Counted from the first letter of the stretch, positions 28,508 through 36,876 are shown. The stretch is 64,000 nt of DNA from an uncultured Candidatus Peribacteria bacterium (GCA_964343715.1 CAYFJZ010000005.1:8220-72219); one strand, 5' to 3'. Program-made: numbers and translations. Notes: generated by a model not told the origin, from the sequence alone.

Positions 28508-29314
28508 TTACGGGCAGTTGTGTCGATTCGAACATTTTTGAGAACGAATCCCATTACCACGGGGAACGTTCCGCATATCGATCGGCTTGTTGGGGTTCTT
28601 CAGGTGAATAGACGACGCCTGGGTCGGATCAAAGCCATAGACCTTACGCGACGAGTTCCGGGCATGGAAGTAGCCATCACAGGCAAGATGCGGATACTGA
28701 CGCCCGCCTTTGGAATTGATCGCCTTGTAGAAATAGCCCGGATCGGTGTCGCATACAAAGGTGCCCTCAGGCTCGGCTCCGCCGCGATTTTTCAGGAGGC
28801 TCATCTGCATCCCCGTCTTTCTCACAAACACGCCCGACTTACGAACCATGTTGCGATCCGGATTCTCCGGCCACGGAATATAGACCAGATCATCCCGAGG
28901 ATAATCATCCAACGGCGTCCGAGTATCGGGAATCAGTCCTCCGTCCCCGTTCTCCAAACATTTGCCCGTCTGACCGTTTTTCTTGCAGACATAAACGTCA
29001 AACGGCCAATTGATGGTGATCATCTTCACCAGAGGTCCAGGCAGCTGGGTCTCATCATCGTTTACCGGATTATTCTGGACAACACACTCACCATCGGAGT
29101 TCTTCACTCCCACGCTGCCATTGCCCATCACACAGGGTTCGACTTTGGGCTGTGCGCTCTCCTGCACTACCCCTGGTTGTTGGCCACCAGAAAACATCTT
29201 GGCCGCCAGGTTAAAATGAATGAATCCCCAGGCCATCAGGCCCAAGAGAATCGCCACGAGAATCCAGGCCAGATGGCCCCGGATCCACTGATACATCCTG
29301 TTCAGTTTGTCCAT
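28508..29314 (-). CDS. bitopic Cys-rich hypothetical protein (island)
   Basis: 268-aa ORF with N-terminal TM LAWILVAILLGLMAWGFI and about 10 Cys in the extracytoplasmic part. GAGGAG lies 8 nt upstream of the ATG. Confidence 0.7.
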   Translation of the reverse strand: MDKLNRMYQWIRGHLAWILVAILLGLMAWGFIHFNLAAKMFSGGQQPGVVQESAQPKVEPCVMGNGSVGVKNSDGECVVQNNPVNDDETQLPGPLVKMITINWPFDVYVCKKNGQTGKCLENGDGGLIPDTRTPLDDYPRDDLVYIPWPENPDRNMVRKSGVFVRKTGMQMSLLKNRGGAEPEGTFVCDTDPGYFYKAINSKGGRQYPHLACDGYFHARNSSRKVYGFDPTQASSIHLKNPNKPIDMRNVPRGNGIRSQKCSNRHNCP

Positions 29315-29486
29315 TTCGGTTGCTCCTCACGAGTACGAGATTCGAGAAATGTTTCAATCTTTTCTGTTACATCCACACGAAGCCAGCTTCCGTCCTTTTC
29401 AAAAACAAAGAACGGACCAAAAGCAAAAGCTTCGTTATGGACGCACAATACGAGTTATAAAAGAACGTACTTGTATAAGTATGTAT

Positions 29487-29515
29487 CTTATATAACATTT
29501 TTAACTAAAAGTCAA
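29487..29515 (-). promoter_or_regulatory. sigma70-like promoter (TTGACT-N17-TATAAG)
   Basis: On the minus strand, ttgact (29510-29515), a 17-nt spacer and tataag (29487-29492), upstream of 28508-29314. Confidence 0.45.
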
Positions 29516-29541
29516 GCCAAAAGGCTACCCAAGCACCAATC

Positions 29542-31617
29542 TTACAACTTATCAAGCATGTTTTCTTTCAGCTCCGAATAGTCGTCAAAATAGTACCATT
29601 CCCCTTCTTCGCCCATTCGAGCTCGATAGTCATATTGAATTGCATTCCATCGAGAACTTCCGTCTTCTTCGGCTTTTTCATACGTCGCTTCTTCGACCTG
29701 TACTTTTTGGGCCCCTTTGAGATTCAAAATCTGATCCAATACCTCCAGAGGGAGTTCTTGGGACCTCAGACCTGGAAACGCTCCCAAAGCCCGCAAAAAG
29801 TGCTCTCCGGTCAAAGAGGTCTCAGGATGTTTTTTTATCTGTTCATCATGCCGAGCATAAAAACTAGTCAAAACATCTAAGAATGGTTTTATCACCGCAT
29901 CATCATGAACATCCGACTCCCCACTTCCATCATCCAAAGAATACATTGCGCTTTTAGCTCTTTTTGGTACCTGATAAGCCTGCTCTCCCACTTTGATATG
30001 GAATCCATCCAGACCGATATCCAACCGGTCTTCTGTGTGACGATTCGCCGCCTCTATCCCATCATTATAAGCCTCCACTCTCGTTTTGTAAACTTTAAAT
30101 TGCTCCAAAAATAGTTTGTACCGAGCCAACAAACGAGCATAAGAAGGAATACCCCCTTTCCCATAAATTCCACCTTGCTCCAATATCAAACCAATTTCTT
30201 TAAGGGCATCTCTTTCTTTAACAAAATGACTCTGCCAACGATTCCATATATCATTCCCTTTGTCTGATCGAGCCGTTTCAATAAAAAACACTTCCCGATC
30301 TAAGTGAATCAAATCAGCCGGCAACAACTTCTTTCGCTTTTTTTCGATCAAAGAACGAACATCGTTCTTAAATAGATTGTATTCCTTCAGCAGCTCACGA
30401 TCTACATGAACATTATGTTTCGATACTCGAGCTTCAAGCCGCTTTACATCCTCTTCTGTACGAGCTTTATTAATCTGCTCAATTATAGCCGTTCGCTCCT
30501 TTTTGGCTGATTCAACCTTTCCCTTTACCTCCAAATATTGCTTTCTCAAACTAAGAGGAGTAATTTCTTCTTCTCTGAGCGGAGAGATAGAATCCTCAAC
30601 CAATTCAGGAACCCCCAGCCAGGCCATTTTCATGGTATTTTCCATCTCTTTAATTTTGGGGATGAGATCCGGTGACAAAGGCTGTACCTTTACTGTTTCT
30701 TTTGGTTTTTTTACCGGTTCTGGATTCGGAGCAGGCTTCTTTTCATCAGGATTTTTGACTTTTGGTACCGGTACCTCACCAGGTTTTGGTTTTGTTGAAG
30801 GTGCTGCCACAGAAGGAACCGGAATTTCTATCTGTTTCCTTCCAGGTTTCTCCGTCGGCGTTGAAGTAGACGGTTTTTCTTTTTTAGGAGGTTGATTCAA
30901 AACTGGAGGATGAAGACGAACATAAGTTTGTTTTTTTCCGGCCTTCTGATCGCCTTTATCTGGCACCGCAGGCGTCGGAACCGGAACAACCTGCGGAGGG
31001 GTTGAGGTCTTGGGCTCCGCACTTGGCGCCTTGTAAGGAGTTGGTGCGACAGGTTCAACAGACGGCGCACACTCCCCTGGCCTTTCTTCGACCACCGATT
31101 CCATATGAGGCAGTTCTCCCGGAGCGTACTTATCCGCTACCACAACTTTGTTCCCCTCCAACCACACATACTGTCCCGAATAAATCAAATTCGCCTTGGC
31201 CAAAACTCTCCCAGGATTTCGATCCATCTGCTTCAGAAGCTGATTTATTTTTCGCTTGTCATTGGTAAAGTTTCGATACTCAACCTCCATGCCATAACTA
31301 AATCTCTCACCGGCTTTTTTGGATAACCCCAAAGCAATTGCCCCCAATCCAGAGTAGTCTCGAGGTTTTACCTGATGAAAATCCCCCTCCATTCTCGAAA
31401 TTTGTCTCGCTCGCTCATTGGCCAATCGTCTTCGACGTTCTTTTACCGAGGTTTCTACTTTTTTGAGATCCTTTTTTACGTGAGACTTTACCTCCTGTAC
31501 TTGGCTTTCTGGACCACACAGCGGTACACGTTCTTGTTTTGGTTTTTGTTTTTCCGAAAGAAACAAAAAAGCGCCTAGTCCCCCACTTCCATTCTGATAT
31601 CGAGTGATTTTTTTCAT
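29542..31617 (-). CDS. large hypothetical protein with Pro/Lys-rich central linker
   Basis: The ORF runs to 31722, but a terminator hairpin occupies 31684-31720, so I prefer the ATG at 31617 (MKKITRYQNGSGGLGAFLFL). No SD. Composition is closer to native genes than to its island neighbours. Confidence 0.6.
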   Translation of the reverse strand: MKKITRYQNGSGGLGAFLFLSEKQKPKQERVPLCGPESQVQEVKSHVKKDLKKVETSVKERRRRLANERARQISRMEGDFHQVKPRDYSGLGAIALGLSKKAGERFSYGMEVEYRNFTNDKRKINQLLKQMDRNPGRVLAKANLIYSGQYVWLEGNKVVVADKYAPGELPHMESVVEERPGECAPSVEPVAPTPYKAPSAEPKTSTPPQVVPVPTPAVPDKGDQKAGKKQTYVRLHPPVLNQPPKKEKPSTSTPTEKPGRKQIEIPVPSVAAPSTKPKPGEVPVPKVKNPDEKKPAPNPEPVKKPKETVKVQPLSPDLIPKIKEMENTMKMAWLGVPELVEDSISPLREEEITPLSLRKQYLEVKGKVESAKKERTAIIEQINKARTEEDVKRLEARVSKHNVHVDRELLKEYNLFKNDVRSLIEKKRKKLLPADLIHLDREVFFIETARSDKGNDIWNRWQSHFVKERDALKEIGLILEQGGIYGKGGIPSYARLLARYKLFLEQFKVYKTRVEAYNDGIEAANRHTEDRLDIGLDGFHIKVGEQAYQVPKRAKSAMYSLDDGSGESDVHDDAVIKPFLDVLTSFYARHDEQIKKHPETSLTGEHFLRALGAFPGLRSQELPLEVLDQILNLKGAQKVQVEEATYEKAEEDGSSRWNAIQYDYRARMGEEGEWYYFDDYSELKENMLDKL

Positions 31618-31683
31618 CAGGATTTTTTTAAATTCCAAAATAAATCCCCACATTATATCACATTTCAATGTTTGATACAATAG

Positions 31684-31720
31684 AAAAGAGCGTCGTCTCC
31701 ACAAAGGGAAAACGACGCTC
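31684..31720 (-). terminator. rho-independent terminator for 31795-33060
   Basis: The minus strand reads GAGCGUCGU-(15-nt loop)-ACGACGCUC followed by UUUUCUAUUG. Confidence 0.6.
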
Positions 31721-31794
31721 ATTGGCCAGTATTAGAGATTGGATCGGAGCAAAACCGGAGGGGCTTCCTGCCCCCCCAGTTTCGCATCCGTACA

Positions 31795-33060
31795 TCACCA
31801 GGGCCCCATAAAACGTTCCAAACGCTCCTGGGGCGTCAAAGCCCTACGAGGCGGAGGTGCAGCCTGTTGCTGCACCGGAGGTGCTTCGGCAACCGGATTT
31901 ACCGCCTTTTCGTAGGTATCGACCATGGCGGCATAACGAGGATCGCCATACAGAATTTCGAAGATCCGAACAGGCTTGTCCCCATGCTCATCATAGTAGG
32001 GATCCCGTTTCGGAAAAATCACGCGATACTCAGTTTCAACGGGTCTGCCACCAGGCTTATTGGGGCGAAAGAAAGTTCCATACAAAACGCCGCCCTCTTG
32101 AGGCCCGATATAACGAAAACCGGGCATCTTAGAACCGACATGGCACCCTCCAATTGAACCCGTACAATGTAGATAGAGGCCATACAGAAGCGGGATATCT
32201 ACCCCAAACTCCAGCATGCCTCGTTCTCCAGCAACAATTGGCCGTCTGGAGTCCACACGAGAAACCAGATAAGTCCGTTGCCCCGGACGGGCCAACGAAA
32301 CATTTCGGCGACCAATCATCTTCCACATTTTACCGTCCTCGATATGGCGATTAAAACGACGAAGACGGTGTTTATCCGACCCCAAAACCAAGTTGTAGCC
32401 CTTAGGCCGTTTATCCAAATCCTTCAGGTGGTGGCCTCCGATACTCTTCCAAACTGGCTGTAGGTCTGTGTCAATGACCAGGTATCCACCAGTATCCCCC
32501 AAACCAAGAGAAGCCCTTGGCTGGTAGACGACCTCTTCACCAGTATGGTCGAGAGGGCGAAACCGGAGATCGAAGGGGATGTGACCACCAGGACTGTTTT
32601 GCCCTGCCGGCCCCTGAGCCACCTGTTGGTCTTGACCTTGCTGACCCTGGCCCTGTTGATCCTGAGCCTGTTGGCCTTGACCTTGTGGACCCTGGCCCTG
32701 TTGAGTCTGAGCCTGTTGGCCTTGACCTTGTGGACCCTGGCCCAGTTGAGCCTGATCCTGTTGGCCTTGACCTTGTGGACCCTGGCCCTGTTGAGCCTGA
32801 GCCTGTTGGCCTTGACCTTGCAGCTGCTGAGCCATCTGTCGAGCCTTGTCCTCCTCGGATTGGCTCGGCGGAGGCACGACGTTCTGACCACCAGAGGGAG
32901 ATTCTCCATCATCTTGATCAAAATCGCTGACTTCCGGCGGTTCCTGTTCGTCAGCATATGCGGCTTCGTCCTCCTTAGACCAGCCGCCAGCTTGGGTTGA
33001 AGATAACGGGGCCATCAAAAAGAAAAGCCCCAGACAAAATAATACAAATGCTCGGTTCAT
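31795..33060 (-). CDS. secreted protein with Gln/Gly tandem repeats (island)
   Basis: Signal peptide MNRAFVLFCLGLFFLMAPLSSTQA, then an acidic stretch, (GQGPQGQGQQAQxQQ)n repeats and a globular C-terminal half. GGAGG lies 5 nt upstream of the ATG. Confidence 0.7.
   Translation of the reverse strand: MNRAFVLFCLGLFFLMAPLSSTQAGGWSKEDEAAYADEQEPPEVSDFDQDDGESPSGGQNVVPPPSQSEEDKARQMAQQLQGQGQQAQAQQGQGPQGQGQQDQAQLGQGPQGQGQQAQTQQGQGPQGQGQQAQDQQGQGQQGQDQQVAQGPAGQNSPGGHIPFDLRFRPLDHTGEEVVYQPRASLGLGDTGGYLVIDTDLQPVWKSIGGHHLKDLDKRPKGYNLVLGSDKHRLRRFNRHIEDGKMWKMIGRRNVSLARPGQRTYLVSRVDSRRPIVAGERGMLEFGVDIPLLYGLYLHCTGSIGGCHVGSKMPGFRYIGPQEGGVLYGTFFRPNKPGGRPVETEYRVIFPKRDPYYDEHGDKPVRIFEILYGDPRYAAMVDTYEKAVNPVAEAPPVQQQAAPPPRRALTPQERLERFMGPW
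32620..32829 (-). repeat. in-frame 45-nt tandem repeat (about 4 units) encoding GQGPQGQGQQAQxQQ
   Basis: Near-identical units are visible in the plus-strand sequence, e.g. cctgttggccttgaccttgtggaccctggccc. Confidence 0.8.
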
Positions 33061-33218
33061 CGATTCCTCCTTCCACCCAGATGGGCGGAATTGATAGGTT
33101 GTTTACATATCCAATCTCTTACTGGGGCCATCCCCGATACTGACACCTTCCATGGGTCCAATATCGGAGAACACCCCAATAATAAATCATTTTGTCAAAG
33201 AACACTTCTACGTTTTAT

Positions 33219-33247
33219 TCATATATCAAATTTAAGCAAAAAAGTCA
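33219..33247 (-). promoter_or_regulatory. sigma70-like promoter (TTGACT-N17-TATATG)
   Basis: On the minus strand, ttgact (33242-33247), a 17-nt spacer and tatatg (33219-33224), upstream of 31795-33060. Confidence 0.45.
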
Positions 33248-33362
33248 ATACAATCTTTTTCGAAATTGATCAAAAAAATTACTCACAATAAAAAGATCCG
33301 CCCTTCATCGCACAACAACGTGTGCAACAAAGAGCGGAAAAAAACGACAACGATTTGTTGTA

Positions 33363-34418
33363 TCAGCACAAAAAGGCGGTAAACCCGCGTACCCTCTTCA
33401 GCGCCCGAGCCGCTTCTTCATTGTCCTCGGGCAAATGCCGCTCGACCTCCTGAAGCCAACCTTCCAGTTCATCTTCAGCCAGAGCCAGACGCAACGCCCC
33501 GCCAGTGATCGAAACCATCAACGGATGGCCCTCGGGAAGGGTCGAATAAAGACCATCCTGGACCGTTGGGGCGTACATCTCCAGCCCCTTGTGCAAACCG
33601 ACCAGCTGATAACTCAGGCTCTTCCGAGACTCATCATGGTATTTTCTCAGCCATTCAACCGCCTCTTTCCGAAGCCAGGAAGCCATAATCCGATCAAACT
33701 CCTGCTGGCGAGAAAAACGCCCCAGAAACGGCCACCCAAGACGGGTGTAGAAGACTTCCAAAACCGGGAGATTATTAAACTGGATTTTGGAGTTGCTAAA
33801 GAGCAGCCGAGTAAGCGCTGAAGCAAAAGTATCCTTCTTCCGCGCCTCTATATTCCAGGCATTCTTAAATTCCTTGAGCGCACGACGCTGTGGGGTATTC
33901 AGGCCCAATTTCCAAAGGCGAAAAAAGACCCCCAAAAAACCTACAAACAGCACCAATCCTCCAGCCATCACCGCCTGGTGAATCGGCGGAAAAGCCAGGA
34001 CCCAATCCTGCGCTTCTTTCCAGCTCTGAAAAGCCGGCGGAGAGAGATAGAGGGCGCCCCCCCACAGAGCCAAGGCGACAAAAGACACCACCCAGACCCC
34101 CGCCATAAGACCGCGCATAGAGGCCAAAAGAATGCGCACCAACCACCACAGGCCTCCCCACAAAACCACCGCCGCCCCCCAGATGATCTGTGATGGAACA
34201 TCCAGTCCCATAAAAGTGGTCCCAATTTCTTGGGCCCCCTCCAGAGAGTAGGGATGCTGCCAAAAGGTGGCCGCAATCAGAAAAGCTGTTGAAACCCACG
34301 CCAAGAGCACATAAATCCACAACATCCATCCCCCATAAGAGGACGCGACATCAGGGATTTTACGATTTTCCCAGGCGTACCAATCATCAATCCTCAATAC
34401 TTCATCTTCAATTTTCAC
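33363..34418 (-). CDS. polytopic membrane protein with cytoplasmic C-terminal domain (island)
   Basis: 351-aa ORF with a GTG start and GGAGG 8 nt upstream. At least 5 Trp/Gly/Leu-rich TM segments are followed by a soluble domain of about 170 aa. Confidence 0.65.
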   Translation of the reverse strand: MKIEDEVLRIDDWYAWENRKIPDVASSYGGWMLWIYVLLAWVSTAFLIAATFWQHPYSLEGAQEIGTTFMGLDVPSQIIWGAAVVLWGGLWWLVRILLASMRGLMAGVWVVSFVALALWGGALYLSPPAFQSWKEAQDWVLAFPPIHQAVMAGGLVLFVGFLGVFFRLWKLGLNTPQRRALKEFKNAWNIEARKKDTFASALTRLLFSNSKIQFNNLPVLEVFYTRLGWPFLGRFSRQQEFDRIMASWLRKEAVEWLRKYHDESRKSLSYQLVGLHKGLEMYAPTVQDGLYSTLPEGHPLMVSITGGALRLALAEDELEGWLQEVERHLPEDNEEAARALKRVRGFTAFLC

Positions 34419-34582
34419 GAGAATATCCTCCTATAGATACGTGATTCTTCCTAGTTCATTAATCATTAACAAATCGATACCGCAAAGAGCTGTTTTGTGA
34501 GACGCACAATACGGCATCTAAGAAATGAGTAACGAAAATCATTAAAAATGTCAAGCCCCCCTCTTTTTTATCAAGTAAAAAA

Positions 34583-34617
34583 ATGAAGCATGAATCATGA
34601 ATCATGAAGAATGAATC
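34583..34617. repeat. degenerate heptamer tandem array (CATGAAT x5)
   Basis: atgaagc atgaatc atgaatc atgaaga atgaatc. This is the first native-type repeat to the right of the island. Confidence 0.7.
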
Positions 34618-34640
34618 AAAAACAAAAATTCAGAAAGAAA

Positions 34641-34663
34641 GACGCAATATATTGCGTCCCTAC
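34641..34663 (-). repeat. REP-like GTAG hairpin
   Basis: gacgcaatatattgcgtc-cctac; the same family as 4709-4732 and 36852-36876. Confidence 0.6.
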
Positions 34664-34705
34664 AAGATAACTACTTACTCTTTGTTCTTTGTTATTCACT
34701 CATCC

Positions 34706-35470
34706 CTATCCCTCCATAAGATCAATTTCTGGTTTGATTTCTTCTTCTTGCAAATTGTCTTCCGGCCCACCTTGAACATAAATTTTATTCACATCTTCGA
34801 GCTTCTGATAACGCGAAGCCTCAGGATTATAGGCCTGATACATCAGCTCGATAATCTGCTCGGTCTTAAGCGGATTAACCTTGAGTCCACAGTTTTCAAG
34901 CCCCGTCTGAACCACATTCACACGCACATCAAGTTTATCGCGTAATTGGTGAAATTCCTTCTTACGCTGAATAACATCCAGCACTTTGTCTTCGGGGGTA
35001 ATATACTTCAAAAAGTCAGCAATCATCCCCTTTTTCTTGGAACGCAAAGGGGTATAAGGCACCACCACAAAAAATCGCTTTTCCATAATGTCGGCACTCT
35101 CAACCAGGCGTTGAATAAACTCGATATGCTCCACCATCTGCGCTTTGAGGAGATCGTTTTGCTGACGCTCCTTTTTTTCATTGAGGCTATCGATGTAGGG
35201 ATCAATATCCAACTTTCGAGAGCGCACCATAATCTGAACCGGAAAATCCAAAGCGTTCAGAAAATGCTGAAAAGACATAATCAGCGCGTTTTGCTCCTGT
35301 TCAGACTTCAGATCAAAATTAACCGCCCCCACCTCTAAAATCGCTCGTAGGCCTCCGTCTTTGAGCACCAAAGTATCATCATGAACCCCCGCAAATTGCA
35401 AATAACGCTGAGTAGAAAGCAGCTTATTGGGCTTTTTATTATTTACAGACTTGTTATCGCGGGTACTCAT
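34706..35470 (-). CDS. VirB4/TrbE-like protein, N-terminal domain only (no ATPase domain; truncated or split gene)
   Basis: HDDTLVLKDGGLRAILEVGAVNFDLKSEQEQNALIMSFQHFLNALDFPVQIMVRSR parallels the VirB4 N-terminus as I remember it (IVLLEDGSIMTMARIDGVAFELEE...FNTLLRNI...). The ORF stops after 254 aa with no Walker A. The downstream DNA is repeat-filled and non-coding. Confidence 0.6.
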   Translation of the reverse strand: MSTRDNKSVNNKKPNKLLSTQRYLQFAGVHDDTLVLKDGGLRAILEVGAVNFDLKSEQEQNALIMSFQHFLNALDFPVQIMVRSRKLDIDPYIDSLNEKKERQQNDLLKAQMVEHIEFIQRLVESADIMEKRFFVVVPYTPLRSKKKGMIADFLKYITPEDKVLDVIQRKKEFHQLRDKLDVRVNVVQTGLENCGLKVNPLKTEQIIELMYQAYNPEASRYQKLEDVNKIYVQGGPEDNLQEEEIKPEIDLMEG

Positions 35471-35525
35471 GGAGCAGGATATTTATTTTTAGTATTAGGG
35501 TATCTAGTATTCAGTATATTTTTCT

Positions 35526-35969
35526 CTAGGCATTTGGGGAAGACGCACTCAGGTCTACTTTGCCCACAATATCTTTCAGATGATCATCATCAAGACGTTT
35601 GATCACTATTTTTTGAGGCTTTTTCTTTTTGTTTGGAGAATAATTGGTCGTCAGAGAAACAAACTTTTCTCCGCCCCCCTGAATCCAGTATCGGCGCGGA
35701 GGACGAAAGAAAAAATATTCAATCATCAATAGTATAAACTGAAACAGAGCAATTCCCTTAATCGTTATAAAAGCAAAAGCCACCGAAAGCAATGCCGGCA
35801 ACCAAACAAGGAAATAGTCAAAAAGATTGAGCTCATAGTTTTTGCTCAGGTTTACAAACAACAAATACGAGATCCCTCCCCCCACCAACAAAATAATAAA
35901 CTGCTTAAACGTCAGAAACCACAAGATTCTGTCTTCTCGTTGGACGTTCTGAGGAACTTTATACTGCAT
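35526..35969 (-). CDS. PrgI-family (VirB3-like) membrane protein
   Basis: From the ATG at 35969: MQYKVPQNVQREDRILWFLTFKQFIILLVGGGISYLLF.... This is the PrgI pattern (VP....ED+I...LT..Q) followed by two TM helices, immediately upstream of the VirB4-like gene. Confidence 0.65.
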   Translation of the reverse strand: MQYKVPQNVQREDRILWFLTFKQFIILLVGGGISYLLFVNLSKNYELNLFDYFLVWLPALLSVAFAFITIKGIALFQFILLMIEYFFFRPPRRYWIQGGGEKFVSLTTNYSPNKKKKPQKIVIKRLDDDHLKDIVGKVDLSASSPNA

Positions 35970-36017
35970 AGTTTCAAAAATTCTCAATATTCTACCACAA
36001 AAGGAGGCCGCAAACAA

Positions 36018-36118
36018 GAGGAATAAGGAAGTAGGAATAAGGAATATGGGGTAATGAAACAATTAAATGGTTTACCTCTTGGAGTCCCTTATTCCTTATT
36101 CCTCATACCTAATTCCTC
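36018..36118 (+). repeat. about 100-nt long-hairpin element built from GGAATAA-type heptamers with a 34-nt apical loop (copy 1)
   Basis: Arms are gaggaataaggaagtaggaataaggaatatgggg and cccttattccttattcctcatacctaattcctc. The loop contains gtttacctcttggagt. It is homologous to 38381-38488. Confidence 0.7.
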
Positions 36119-36777
36119 TCACCACTGACTAATTTCCCCGCCACCACCACCCCATAAACCTCCTTAACACCAGCTTTTTTCAATATTTTCGCAGCCGATT
36201 GCATCGTAGCGCCAGTCGTCACCACATCATCCACTAAAACCACAACATTGGGCCATTTTGTGCCTTTCTTTACTTCAAAAACCCCCTGCACATTAATCAA
36301 ACGTTCTTTTTTGGTCAGCTGTGCCTGAACACGAGTTTTTCGTCGTTTTACCAGTCCATCACACACTTTACCCCACCCTCTTTTTTCCATTCCCAAAGCC
36401 AAAATCTGACTCTGATTAAATCCCCTCCACATCAAACGAGTCCGATGAAGCGGAATGGGAACCAAGACCACATGATCAAATTTTTTATTCACAAAAAAAG
36501 GCGTCATGCCTCTCAAAAGATAATCCTCCATCCCCCGCCCCCCACGATACTTAAATATTTCAATTAAGCGCTTCACTCGGTCATCGGCATAATCGGTCCC
36601 CACCCAAACGCTTTCAAGCCCCTCCAAAGATCGTCCCAAATATGATCCTGAAGGAAAATCCCCATGAACCTCACACAACCAACTCCCCTCTCGATCACAG
36701 ACCAAACACTTCGCCGGAAAAACCGCCTCAAAAAACCACCCAAAAGCCCTCCTCATCGCTCTTAAAACACTTTTCAT
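36109..36777 (-). CDS. comF: ComF-family phosphoribosyltransferase-domain protein
   Basis: N-terminal Cys motif (CLVCDREGSWLCEVH) and a PRTase motif (VVLVDDVVTTGATMQSAAKILKKAG). Confidence 0.8.
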   Translation of the reverse strand: MKSVLRAMRRAFGWFFEAVFPAKCLVCDREGSWLCEVHGDFPSGSYLGRSLEGLESVWVGTDYADDRVKRLIEIFKYRGGRGMEDYLLRGMTPFFVNKKFDHVVLVPIPLHRTRLMWRGFNQSQILALGMEKRGWGKVCDGLVKRRKTRVQAQLTKKERLINVQGVFEVKKGTKWPNVVVLVDDVVTTGATMQSAAKILKKAGVKEVYGVVVAGKLVSGERN

Positions 36778-36851
36778 TCCCTCCTTCTAACTCCAACAGA
36801 AAAAGAAATCAAGTGAAGGATTTAAGGTTCGCTTCATATTTATTACAAAAA

Positions 36852-36876
36852 GGACGCAAAATATTGCGTCCCTACT
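36852..36876 (-). repeat. REP-like GTAG hairpin
   Basis: ggacgcaaaatattgcgtcc-ctac. Confidence 0.6.

Noticed and set aside
27010-29581. Long plus-strand ORFs (27010-28029, 339 aa; 27038-27406; 28520-29581, 353 aa), and similar ones at 32517-33000 and 33865-34329
   Set aside because: They are antisense to better ORFs that have signal peptides, SD sites, and promoters and/or terminators. Their products are R/G/L/V/P-rich with no starts supported by an RBS. This is the typical stop-codon-poor antisense of G+C-rich DNA.
31618-31722. ATG at 31722 as the start of the 726-aa ORF
   Set aside because: The first roughly 35 codons overlap the terminator hairpin of the upstream gene (31684-31720). MKKITRY at 31617 is the more plausible start.
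32131-32178. L,D-transpeptidase (YkuD)-like active site in LYLHCTGSIGGCHVGS of the 421-aa island protein
   Set aside because: The His-Cys spacing is only about 8 residues, and the canonical S/T-x-G-C-(I/V)-R context is absent. The resemblance is too weak to call.
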